A DNA stretch of 61,983 nt, the filler included, from Nemertoderma westbladi (Eukaryota; Animalia; Xenacoelomorpha), in NCBI GenBank assembly GCA_032718475.1. It is 4 parts of 4 records of this genome, joined end to end, with 100 filler letters (N's around TTAATTAATTAA, not from the genome) between each part and the next. Parts side by side here need not be neighbours in the genome. Positions count along the whole stretch, not along the records: positions 1 to 20,794 come from JAUCBJ010007993.1; positions 20,895 to 35,104 come from JAUCBJ010008114.1; 2 more parts are not named here. One strand, given 5' to 3'. Shown one piece after another: positions 12,601-23,790 of this stretch. Made by a program: the position numbers and the translations under genes. The notes below the pieces were generated by a model. That model was not told the DNA's origin. It did not search any database and saw only the letters and a list, made by a program, of their open reading frames with translations. Within the stretch, counting starts at the first letter, position 1; each line of letters starts with the position of its first letter.

Positions 12601-13749
12601 GTAAATGTTTTGGGTGATTTTGGTACGAAATTTTATTGAGATCAATATTCCGACGGATTCCTCGCTTGCATCATTTAGGATTTTCTGTAATTTGCAAATA
12701 AAAAAATTGTTCCCAGGAACGGTAAAAACAATTCATTAATTACTTCCATATATTTTAGTTATAAATTTACTTTTGGAAATGAACACATGGTAGGCCTACA
12801 TAATCCCATTACAATTAGACTTAATCACCGGAATCCCAATCTTATGGCACACTTTTATGGAAATGTTCATTTCAGTCACACCTCAGATATTTTTGCTGTA
12901 GACGAATATGTAAAGTGTAGTTATTGCAGGTATTTAACTGGAAGATGAAATTACTACACCCATTGTATTGTGCGATGGTTTTTTAAATATATTAAAATTG
13001 GTGTTGATGCAATGGTATGTTATTGAATATGTTTGGTTTGCTGGAAGTTGAATTTAATACACCCCTTGCAATTTTGGAAAGGTTTTATTTATTTATTAAG
13101 ATACGACCAGAAATTTAGGATTTATTTTTGAAGCAATGGTACAAAGTTTAATTAATTTTTAAAATTAATTTAACTGGCCTAGACGTCATTATGGTTACGA
13201 TATACCACACCCTTTAACTTGAAATCAGGGCTATTCCCATTGGATGATTGGCTTAGTGAGTAAAAACGTTCTGGAACATACCACTGGAGGATCGAAAATC
13301 GTATTGCATTTGCACAATATCGGATTATTAATGATACCCACCTGAATCGGTTAAAACATTTACTACATGCAAGGTATAATGCAATATCTGCCGGACTATT
13401 AATAGTTTAGGATGGCTTGGTTGATCCATCGTAATTCACCGATGTTCTAGGGTCAAAGAGTAAACAGTAAGACCGTAAGACACATACAGTTACCGCAATA
13501 AATTATTATATGTTGCAACCAAACCAGACACAAAACAAAGCAAGTTAAACATGAGGATTACTTGGCTCTCGTATATGAACGAGTATTAATTTATCTAATA
13601 ATTTAACAATAAAATATTTTTAATTTTAACAAAGGCGCGACTACCGAATCAACAATCTATAATCGCTCATTCTGTTGTTGACTGATTAAAGTATACCGGT
13701 ACATTTTGTTTCACTTTACACACTTAACAAGTAATGCCAATAATAGCGG

Positions 13750-14007
13750 TCAAATTTTCATCTCTACTATAGTACAACCGCAAATGTTGTTGAACTGATC
13801 TGTGACGTAGCTAGTGATATGGTAGTTTCCTTTGGGGATGTGGGAAGGGATCTTGAAGTGGTGTTCGAATTTGTGCAGCCCTTTGGGGATGGGGCAGTCC
13901 AGTTTGAAGTTGTTTTCCGGATCAGAAAGTTCGCAGAGATCGTATGTATTATCGTAGAGATCCATTCCGTTGAACTTTACTTCCAGGTAAACTTTGCCGT
14001 CGTCAAC
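13750..14007 (-). CDS. ML (MD-2/NPC2 lipid-recognition) domain protein, exon 3 (terminal)
   Basis: VDDGKVYLEVKF...YDLCE...LDCPIPKG...IPSHIPKGNY...DQFNNICGC, the ML-domain C-terminal half. Acceptor ttccaag| is phase 0 and the exon ends in TGA at 13750. Confidence 0.85.
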   Translation of the reverse strand, partial: VDDGKVYLEVKFNGMDLYDNTYDLCELSDPENNFKLDCPIPKGLHKFEHHFKIPSHIPKGNYHITSYVTDQFNNICGCTIVEMKI

Positions 14008-14309
14008 CTTGGAAGTAATTGGCCGGTTAATTTGTGTATTATTATAATAGCAACTACTGTAGATCTTTAAATGCACATCACCAAAAATTGCCAAATTAAA
14101 ACTAGTTAACGTTCAAGGTTAGAAATATAAAAAGTAAAAAATGCTCACTGGAATCACAACTTTTTATAACTTTTTGTGATCGTTTAATGTTTAAAAGCTC
14201 AACCTCTTTGTGTAACTTCATTGTATTAACTGAATATCAACTACATTTCAGATGGACTAAAATGTAAAATGGAAGTGCAGTTTCTGTTACAGCTATTTGT
14301 GACATTAAT

Positions 14310-14567
14310 GGACATTATTATATAAGAGTGATTGTAATTTAAATTGACATTATATAAGAGTGAATGTAATTTAAATTGACATTATATAAGAGTGAATGTA
14401 ATTTAAATTGACATTATATAAGAGTGAATGTAATTTAAATTGACATTATATAAGAGTGAATGTAATTTAAATTGACATTATATAAGAGTGAATGTAATTT
14501 AAATTGACATTATATAAGAGTGAATGTAATTTAAATTGACATTATATAAGAGTGAATGTAATTTAAA
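14310..14567. repeat. 32-bp minisatellite, about 8 copies, in intron 2 of the ML gene
   Basis: Unit TGACATTATATAAGAGTGAATGTAATTTAAAT; period measured 14345 to 14377. Confidence 0.95.
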
Positions 14568-14572
14568 CTAAC

Positions 14573-14748
14573 GTCATTTTCTAAGGTCCTGTTCAGATAC
14601 AATATATTTTGTAGTCCTTTGGTCTTAGGATCTTCCGCAAGGATGACTTTACCGATAACTAAACCACCGCTACACGTTGGCCAGACGTCGCCGATGTCCA
14701 CTAGATGGCGTTCAGCTACCCAGGCGTCCCACTTTCGCCTCGATGCCA
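14573..14748 (-). CDS. ML-domain protein, exon 2
   Basis: Acceptor gagcag| (phase 1) and donor GAC|GTTAGT (phase 0). Encodes ASRRKWDAW...GDVWPTCSGGLVIGKVILAEDPKTKG...LNRTLEND, the ML N-terminal Cys strand. Phases fit exons 1 and 3. Confidence 0.8.
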
Positions 14749-15158
14749 CTGCTCGTAGACAGACAGACAAGGTATTCAATTATAATTATTCATATTTTTC
14801 TAACTTTACTATTAGCTCGCTAACTTTCAGAGTAAATATGCCTATCTTCGAAACCCACCATTATTGCAACCAATGATGTTCAGATTTACTATTACCACCC
14901 CCTTGTTTATACAATGCCTACGTATTTATAGTTAATCCTAGTTGTATAATGAATAGTCTATCAGATTTAATAACTCTTTATTAACAATTCACATTTACTT
15001 GTTTTGGAACTTTCTATTTGGAAAAATATATTGTATTTATCGAATTAAGAAATTTTCTAAGAAACAACACTATTAAGAATTTGTCATGTTTAACTTAACA
15101 CCAATCACCATCGTTATATACCGTATGTCTACTAATAAATGGTGTTTACGTTACTCAC

Positions 15159-15330
15159 ATTCCTCTGCATTCATAATAGCTGGTTTCCCCGCTTTGTTCA
15201 TGGAGTTAACTGAATGTTTGTTCTTTAGCAACGTTTCCTTTGTATCGTGGACGAAGTATGAGAAAAATACACCAACGCCAGTGACTCCAAGGAGAAGTAC
15301 AACACCAGCTACGATCTTAAGGGAATTCAT
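15159..15330 (-). CDS. ML-domain protein, exon 1 (signal anchor)
   Basis: ATG at 15330; MNSLKIVAGVVLLLGVTGVGVFFSYFV hydrophobic segment; donor T|GTGAGT, phase 1. The spliced product is about 201 aa. Confidence 0.75.
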
Positions 15331-15951
15331 CCTAATTCTCAAAGACGCCGTGATTGCAGATTAGCCGCCAATTAAACGAATAATTGTTAAAATTATATTG
15401 CTCTTATTACAAAACAATTGATGTCAAAATCTAAATTTAAATTACGTATAAAAAATAATTGCGCAACTAGAGCACCAAATCATTTATCCCACCACCGTAT
15501 GATAAAAGCAAATATTGGCTTTGAATTGCCACTGATCGGAGGTATTTGTACTAATATATTATTTGAGATAATGATTAATGGGTAAGTCATTTTAAAGAGT
15601 CACTAAGTTCTCCCTGTAGAATCTATTAGCAACCTTATCTCTTTACATTTTTCCAACGTCTATAACTATAAGGAAACGTTCGGTTAATCAACCCAAAGAG
15701 AAATAACGTCGTAGAAATGCAACTAAAACAAAGGTTACCTACTAATTAACACTACCGGAATCAGTAATAATCAGCCCTGGTATTCCATTTTACTGAATAG
15801 TTGCAAAAAACATAGTTTCTGAAATAAATTGTTGGCTGATTAATTTATTGATTCCAATATTTCAACCGATATAATAAATATTGTGCGAAAAATATTGAGA
15901 CTTATATTTTTCCCAATGCTCATGATGCCATGCACCTCGAAACATTCGCTG

Positions 15952-16670
15952 CAAAGTGCCGCCACCAAAGTACCGCCACCAAAGTGCCGCCACCAAAGTA
16001 CCGCCACCAAAGTGCCGCCACCAAAGTGCCGCCACCAAAGTACCGCCACCAAAGTGCCGCCACCAAAGTGCCGCCACCAAAGTGCCGCCACCAAAGTGCC
16101 GCCATCAAAGTGCCGCCACCAAAGTGCCGCCACCAAAGTGCCGCCACCAAAGTGCCGCCACCAAAGTGCTGCCACCAAAGTGCCGCCACCAAAGTGCCGC
16201 CACCAAAGTACCGCCATCAAAGTGCCGCCACCAAAGTGCCGCCACCAAAGTACCGCCACCAAAGTGCCGCCACCAAAGTACCGCCACCAAAGTGCCGCCA
16301 CCAAAGTGCCGCCACCAAAGTGCCGCCCCCAAAGTACCGCCATCAAAGTGCCGCCACCAAAGTGCCGCCACCAAAGTGCCGCCACCAAAGTGCCGCCACC
16401 AAAGTGCCGCCACCAAAGTGCCGCCATCAAAGTGCCGCCACCAAAGTGCCGCCACCAAAGTGCCGCCACCAAAGTGCCGCCACCAAAGTGCTGCCACCAA
16501 AGTGCCGCCATCAAAGTGCCGCCACCAAAGTGCCGCCACCAAAGTAATGCCACCAAAGTGCCGCCACCAAAGTGCCGCCACCAAAGTGCCGCCACCAAAA
16601 TGCCGCCACCAAAATGCCGCCACCAAAGTACCGCCACCAAAGTGCGCCACCAAAGTGCCGCCATACCAAA
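15952..16670. repeat. 14-bp minisatellite (CAAAGTGCCGCCAC)n, about 50 copies
   Basis: Direct inspection. It explains the stack of repetitive ORFs in all six frames. Confidence 0.97.
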
Positions 16671-16926
16671 GCGCGAATGATTCATTCGTTGACGGCGTTG
16701 GGATGCGTTGTGGGTTGGTGGGGGGGGGGGGGGGGGGGGGTCGAATATGTGGTAGGGAGGTGCTGAATTAGCAGAATTCTGTACATTGATAAATGGTCGA
16801 ATTTCCTTTCATTTTTAGTTAGTACAATTAGGTAGAAAAAGTAGGTGAGAGTACAGTAGGTTTTATGACTAATTATTGTTTTTATTTTAAATTACTCATG
16901 CGACATAAAGTAGTAGGCCTATATTA

Positions 16927-18175
16927 TAGTCTTACTAATAAAGCACAAGTCCGTTTTGTAACTGGACGGACCCATGGAAAATAGTCAGGAGAGGAGCGGA
17001 GCAAGAGGAATCAGTTTGTGTTAGGCAATGGAGTTGCTTTGCGATTGCGATTTAAATACCCGTTTACCTAATAATATATATTATATATATATATTAAGAA
17101 TGCTGTGCCGGCTTCTCGACAAAATTGCACCGCCACAACTCCCTATCACCCATGACATTTGCTAGATCATTCGCATCTTCAAGGCCAGCGTCCTTTAAGA
17201 GGCGTTTCAATAAAGTAATGGGCTGTCCACCATGCTTATTCACTCCACGATGCCGCCAAAGTACAAGATTATGCACTGGCTAATCCTCACGGCGAAAGCA
17301 ATGTCCTGCAAAGCGGAGGCGGTTCCGTTCAAGTGTCAAACTAAGGGAGACTAATGAAACACCTCCAGGGTTGTATAGAGTCTGACTCCCATAAGAGTAC
17401 TGGTACTGCTGCTGCCCTAAATAATCAAACCTTGAGGTACCGTTTTATTCTATGTGACTTCCAAATCCTGGACAAACTATGCAATGCTGCCCATGCCTTC
17501 TCCCCTTACATATCCGAAGTTCTTCACCTGACTTCCGGTCGCATGACTCTAAGTACCGGTAGCAGAAATCGTTCACAAGCTCAAGCAAACCATCCATGGA
17601 ACTTATGCCCTTACTATCAGACTTCACTGTAATAATTTTGGTCTTCTTGGCCTTAATTTGGACCAATGGCTTGGTTGGTCGGGGTAGAACACGAGAGTAG
17701 CCTCAACTCCAGAATCCCTCTCCCCTCACAATCTCAATTAATAAAACTAGTCTTTAATGTTGTCTTAATGATCCAACAACAATAAATTAAGCCAGCCTTG
17801 CATTCTTCGTCCCTAATGTTATGTTTTTATTGTTAGTCAGTGACGTCATGATGAAATGAGAGGGCTGTAGTAGCAATGGCATTTCAACTCCGCTTACTTT
17901 TTGACATGGGTCCGTCTAGTTACAAAACTGGTGTGCGTACACGCTACGCCGACAACGTCAGTGCCGACAAAGACAAATATGAACCTGTAACATATGTTCT
18001 CATGACTATCGTTTATTGTTTTGGTTAGAATAACATTCCATTGTAACCTATTATTTTCCTTCAATTGATAATTAACATTAATTAGCGTCAATAATAGTTG
18101 TCGGTTTTGATTGTCGCTTATCGGCGTAGTGTTTACATCCATACAAAACCGACTTGTGCTTTATTAGTAATACTA
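16927..18175. mobile_element. Non-autonomous DNA transposon with TAG...CTA terminal inverted repeats, carrying an RTE fragment
   Basis: TAGTCTTACTAATAAAGCACAAGTCCGTTTTGTA at 16927 is the inverse of TACAAAACCGACTTGTGCTTTATTAGTAATACTA ending at 18175. TA flanks both ends. There is an additional inverted match between 16953-16982 and 17897-17928. Confidence 0.6.
17094..17665 (-). mobile_element. Degenerate RTE-clade LINE 3' fragment
   Basis: HNLVLWRHRGVNKHGGQP...DLANVMGDRELWRCNFVEKPAQHS is nearly identical to the C-terminus of the RTE at 30818-31891. It has frameshifts and an internal deletion. Confidence 0.85.
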
Positions 18176-18516
18176 TAAAGTTGTAGACCTACTACTACTT
18201 TACATCGCGTGAATTTCGTAGTTAAAAATATAAACAATAATTAGCCATGAACAATTATCCATACTTTCGAATACAATTTGTTATTGAGAAATTAAGATAT
18301 ATAAAATGGGTGATATATATAAAAGTAACTTTAAGAAATGCACCAATTAATATTTTCTTTATGAATGTATAATCTAATTTATTGGTTTGGATTGAAACCC
18401 CTTTAATAAATTATAAATCAAGCAAATTCGTTTACAAAATTTCTAATTTACTGAAGGACTCGCTATAACTATCTATAAACACACACTATATAAATATAAC
18501 AGAGGCACTTCTAATT

Positions 18517-18705
18517 ATCGCTTCTCGGCCTTTTGGCTAAGATCATGTGTAGTATCTGTTCTTGTCAGCTTAATATCTGGCACACTGCTCACTGAGCAGT
18601 TCCAATATTAAACTGATTTTTGCAGTGCGGCTGTGAGTAAGGGGCTTGCTCCACTCCAGCCACGGGTTGGCCTGGTATTGCACTGCCTCCAGGTCCGGCC
18701 CACAC
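18517..18705 (+). ncRNA. RNU2: U2 spliceosomal snRNA
   Basis: 5' ATCGCTTCTCGGCCTTTTGGCTAAGATC, branch-recognition GTGTAGTA, stems IIa/IIb, Sm site ATTTTTG (18616-18622), stem III and stem IV with an ATTGCA loop. Confidence 0.97.
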
Positions 18706-19244
18706 CCACCTTCGGGTGGGTGTCACAAATCAAAATCTTAATAACGAACGATGTTTATTCTAAATACTTTCCACGAGTTAATTATTTTTGTATGCCATAT
18801 TATGTATTTCGTAAATTTTGTAGGACAATTAGATTCGATTTGAGTAATGTGGAGCTTTATGCAATGTATCTAACTCAAATTGTTGACTATAATATACTAA
18901 CTAACTACCAAACAAAAATCGCCAAAAGACACTAAGTCATCACAGTAGCCCTAGCCCCAATCGGTGGGGTAGTAAGATAATCAATTTCTGGTGAATATCT
19001 CAGATCCTTGATAGATCCGTAGATGTCAAATAACTGTAGCTTGTAAATAACTGTAGTTGTACGCGGGCGAAGGTTGCACCCAACCAAACAGAGAACCGCA
19101 ACGGTACCGTTGATTGTGAACGGGTTCTGGGCAGTGTACCGCGCGCCGGCTTACCGCTAGACTAACCATTGGGTCCAACCAAACTACCTGTCTACGGGTA
19201 ATGACTGCTTGTTCAATAGAGGTGGATTAATGGGAGAGTAAGTG

Positions 19245-19347
19245 TCAGGGACAAGTGGCTGAACTGGTTAGCGCTACTGATGTGACCTGATAGCCCTAAA
19301 GTATGTAGCGCTGGTTCAACCCCCGGTGGCGTGCTTCCTCATTTTTT
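19245..19347 (+). ncRNA. Pol III type-2 small RNA candidate (vault-RNA-like or tRNA-derived)
   Basis: A box TGGCTGAACTGG (19256-19267), B box GGTTCAACCCC (19313-19323), internal stem AGCGCTAC/GTAGCGCT, T6 terminator at 19342-19347. Confidence 0.45.
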
Positions 19348-20259
19348 CCATTTCTTAATCATAAAATTTAAATTTATATTACTTCATTAATTACAGTTGC
19401 ATGTAAGAGCTCAATTCCAATTAACTTACCCCCACACGCCACACACCCACAACCCTGCAAAAACTGCTTTTGAAACACATTGTTGTTGTTCTAGTTCTAT
19501 ACCTGATTTTAAAATCATTTTTCGAAATAAACATGACGTTATTTCATCCTTAATGGCATTGTTTTTTTTTATGGCGAAATAAATAAGAATATATCCCGCC
19601 ATGACCGTTATATATGATCACCGGCTTCAGATAGGAAATTTATTACTGTATTTTCAACGACCCATTGTCATTGACACACTAAAGGATTGTCGTTCGCACT
19701 GCATGTTAAAGTTTTCGGATTTAGGCATTATTTGATTCTCCCCACACCATGTTTATTTAATATCTGATACCCTTGCTGCCTTGCCTGTACGGTTACACTG
19801 TGTACGATGAGATGATGACTCATAATCACGCCATAATGGTGTCGTTCGGTCAATCCTACTGGTACGGTACTGTGGTACTATTGGTAGCCAGGGTCGAATG
19901 TTTACAGAGGTCGATGTTTTACTGTAGCCTATGCTTTATGTGCTATGCAGTACCGCTACCGGTACATGCTTGCATTGCCGATACTATTTCTGTTTAATTA
20001 ATAATAATACTGTAATCAGAGGTAAATACAGTAATTGAGTAATAGCGCAGTAATCTCTGGTAGTTAGCCATAGCCATCCAACCCATTGCATAATTTAATT
20101 AAATTATGAAACAAATCTATTGTATTTAACAGTTTAATTCTGATTTTATTATTTAATTAAAGCCTATGCCATACGTCGGTATCAGCCGAATTGAACGTCT
20201 TAAGCAACCAGATCATTAATATAAATAATTCATTAAAACTGCAAGGTAACATCTAAAAC

Positions 20260-20794
20260 ATGGGTCAGCACGTATCGCGAGAGGATTTCCAGTGGATATA
20301 CACGGACGAACCCCATGCAACTCGTCGGAAAGCGATTCTAATAAAACATCCCGAGATAAAAACTCTATTCGCCTCCGTAGACAATTCGTTGAACTATATA
20401 GGATGCTTTATGGTGCTGTTTCAGATCATGATGTGTTGGTTATTGAGGGACTCCCCCTGGTGGGTCGTGTTGGTATTAGCTTACGTGTGCGGCGGCATTA
20501 TAAATCATTCGCTGACTCTAGTTATCCACGAGATAGCTCACGGACACAATTTCTCCTTTAAAAATCGCACGAAATTTATCTGCCGATTATTAGGAATGAT
20601 AATAAACCTACCGATAGGACTACCGGTTTCAATCTCCTTCCGTAAATGGCATCTCGATCACCATCGTTACATGTCGGACGAGATTATAGATACCGACATA
20701 CCGACGGATTGGGAAGGGCGCTTGTTCAACACGACCTTCCGTAAAGCCGTGTGGCTCCTCTTAAACCCACTCTTCTACGCCTTTCGACCGATGA
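20260..20794 (+). CDS. DEGS1: Sphingolipid delta(4)-desaturase DES1, 5' part (cut by contig end)
   Basis: MGQHVSREDFQWIYTDEPHATRRKAIL N-terminus, His boxes HEIAH and HLDHH, DTDIPTDWEG, PLFYAFRP. Confidence 0.95.
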
Positions 20795-20894
20795 NNNNNN
20801 NNNNNNNNNNNNNNNNNNNNNNNNNNNNNNNNNNNNNNTTAATTAATTAANNNNNNNNNNNNNNNNNNNNNNNNNNNNNNNNNNNNNNNNNNNN
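20795..20894. other. Artificial contig linker
   Basis: 44 N + TTAATTAATTAA (stops in all six frames) + 44 N. Confidence 0.99.
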
Positions 20895-20944
20895 TTATTA
20901 GATTTGCAAATATTAAATAATTAATATTTGAGATGGGCACCGAT

Positions 20945-21437
20945 TTATTCCTACTAGTGTAAGGCTAAAGCAGAAAAGCACAAAATACTCTAAAGCCGTT
21001 CTTCCTGGCTTAGAATCACTAACAACACTGATAAGAATAACTATAAGAATACCAGCTACCCTTATTCCACGAAGCTCCCGTTCAACACAGAGAAAGAGCA
21101 GTGAGATAGGAAAATTCAGTTCAGTAGCTCTGTGATAGGTCAAAATCAAAGCTAACTCAAATTCTATTGGCAGATACAGAAAGCTGCAACGTGGCAATAT
21201 CAGCCGTTAGCCGTCGTCATGGTAGCGACACTGTTTTCAAGAGTATCGAGCTTTTTACGTCATGAAATTGCAGATTATGTCCTCTAAAGTACAAATACAG
21301 TTCAAATACAGAAGAAATGACTTTTATGTCCTCTAAAACACCAGTACAGCAAGGACACGGCCTTTTTATGCCTGGCAAACCAACTACAGAGTACTTTAAG
21401 GGAAAATAACCGGTTAATGACGCAAAAGCTTTTACAT
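20945..21437 (-). repeat. LTR-like dispersed repeat, same family as 1-881
   Basis: CTTTTATGTCC.CTAAAACACC.GTACAG...CCAACTACAGAGTACTTTA...GCAAAAGCTTTTACA is shared with 766-881. Confidence 0.55.
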
Positions 21438-21919
21438 ACTCTATGTAGTCTGTCAAAAGTTTGAAATAATGTGAAGTTTGTCAAAAATCAGACCGTCTGT
21501 CTGTTACTATTCGGAGTTGTGTCCTGCGCTCCGTATCATTAGCGTGGACTTGCGCGACTACGCGGCCAGCCAGGTGTGGATGGTTCATACGGTTAAATAA
21601 CGAGTATGATGTTTTGATGTTTCTGTATATGTATATTGATCGTTGATAATAATAAAGTAGTAAACGTAATTGAATATTCAACTGATGGTGGATAATAACC
21701 GCACTAATTGATTCTTAATGGCTGCTAACTGACCGGTACAAATTAGTTCGCTACGTCCTCTCTAAGTTCTCACACAACTGCTTAATAATGAGGTTACAGC
21801 ATATTATATACTTACAACTAATATCCATACTACCGGCCTTTCCAATCCTGATGCTCTGATTGGCCCAGCGTATGTATCAACTGATTAATGTCCAGCCACC
21901 AAACCTGGCTTTCTCTGTG

Positions 21920-22990
21920 GGGCGAGACACGTAGTCGGCGAGCCTTGGCATACGGTTCATATAGGGCAAATGGGCCATGTCCGTCTGTCTGTCTGTCTGT
22001 CTGTCCGTCCGTCCGTCTGTCTGGTAAATCTTTGAACGCGAATTTCTCGGCATCGCTGATTCGAAATTGAACCAAACTTAACTTAGTAGGTAAGTAGTAG
22101 AGGGAAAGAATGAAAGAGGAAAGAAAGAGGTGTTAGAATTTTAATCAATTTTAATTTGTAACTCATAACTGAGCCTCGTGCTGCGCGAAGGCCTAACGAA
22201 CGTGTCGTTACATGGATACACATATTGTTATACATTATTACCTACACTATACTTCACCTAAGCTCCCCCGCCCCGTGTGGTTTAATAGTGAGATTGTTCC
22301 CCTTACTTGTGTAATAGATTTAGTGCCGACCAAATCTACCATTGTTGTTCTCGGGTCGCCAATATTGGTTGATTTCGCTTTCCGTTGGCCGCTTTGTTTA
22401 TTGCTCAAAACTCTCCAGTAGCTTCGGTCGCTAGAAACTAAAAACTCGTTATAAAAACCGAAATAAGTCAGTCAATCATTGATGAAATTAAACTAAACTT
22501 GGTAAACATGTAGTCTGTGAAAGGTTTAGAAAGTATCTGAACTTTGGTAAAAAATCAAGCAGTCTTTTCAGGCAGTGCCAGTAATTTCAGACTTTTGATA
22601 AAACTGAAATAAGTCGGTCAATCATTGATGGAATTAAAGCAAACTTGATACGTATGCAGTCCGTATAATAGTCTAACAAGTTTACAAGTACATACACATA
22701 CTTACTTTACAAGTAAGTAGTTTACAATAAATAGTTTAATAGTTTTACAATAGTTTAGAAAGAATCTGAAATTTGGTCAAAAATGAGACAGTCTGTCAGT
22801 AGGTACCGGTAATTTCAGACTTTTGATAAAACGGAAATAAGTCGGTCACTCATTGATGAAATTAAAGCAAACTTTTAATACGTATTTCTCGACGACCAGG
22901 ACGACGACACGTCACGATGGACCCCCCGGCGCTACCCCCCACAATGGCATAGTTCTGTCTGTCGTTATTGACAAGGAGTCTAATTATAAG
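21920..22990 (+). mobile_element. Helentron/DINE-1-like non-autonomous element(s)
   Basis: (GTCT/GTCC)n microsatellite followed by AATTTCTCGG...AACCAAACTT, three internal AAATAAGTC.GTCA.TCATTGATG.AATTAAA repeats (22455-22870), and a short terminal hairpin TGTC-GTTATT-GACA. The motif CGTGCTGCGCGAAGGCC at about 22177 recurs at about 35378 and inverted at about 57412. Confidence 0.5.
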
Positions 22991-23790
22991 TTTATTCAGT
23001 TTAATTAAATTAATTTCATTCATTTATCATACATTCATGATTAATTTAAATTTTATTAATTTTTAATATCATCACTAATATTTACAATTATTAATTTCGC
23101 ATCATCCCATTCATACTCGCATATGTATGTATGTATGTATTTATAGACCAAAGGAAGAAATAAATAAACAAACATTACCGATTACACAAAATATATAACT
23201 ATTTAGTCCGGGGAATATAACGTTCTAAGTAGGTAAATTATAATAACAAATGAATAATATAAATAGAAATTAGTCGAAATAATCATTGAAATCAGATATG
23301 TAAATAAATTAATTGCCCAAAATAATCATCAAATTGTCATGGTAGTAAAAAAACAATACCGAGCAAAAACAAACTTACAAAAAAAAAACACGATCCAAAA
23401 GATGCATTAAGTGTAGGGCGGGGGCGCCGGGGGTTAGACAGCAAACTGACAAAAAAAGTTCAAAAAACTAATGATTAAATTATCATCATTTTGTGTTAGG
23501 GATAGTTTTACGATGGCGAAGCATCTTAGATACGAAGGTTGGTGCGTTCTTAATTTTTAGAAGAAAATGTGCAGGTGCGCTGAGAACCGTCTTCCCAGTA
23601 AACTCTTTACGAATATTTTCGTAGAGTGGGCACATGCAGAGGAAATGTTGCTCATCCTCAACCTCACCACAGGAACACAAACGGAGCTCACGACGTATGC
23701 GGAGATATCTTCCCTTTTCAACTGCGAGGTCATGAGCGCTGAGCCTTATTCGTGCATAGTTTATGAGATCGACAGACTGGTGCATGCAAT

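Noticed and set aside
12610-13480. Possible decayed coding sequence
   Set aside because: Only short frames and no motif I could recognise.
14008-14229. Apparent 81-bp exon at 14149-14229 (KVIKSCDS) and the ORF start at 14094 as the ML N-terminus
   Set aside because: Its phase does not fit the terminal exon. Exon 14573-14748 supplies the ML N-terminal motif with matching phases on both sides.
15840-16771. Stack of 70-280-aa repetitive ORFs
   Set aside because: By-products of a stop-free 14-bp minisatellite.
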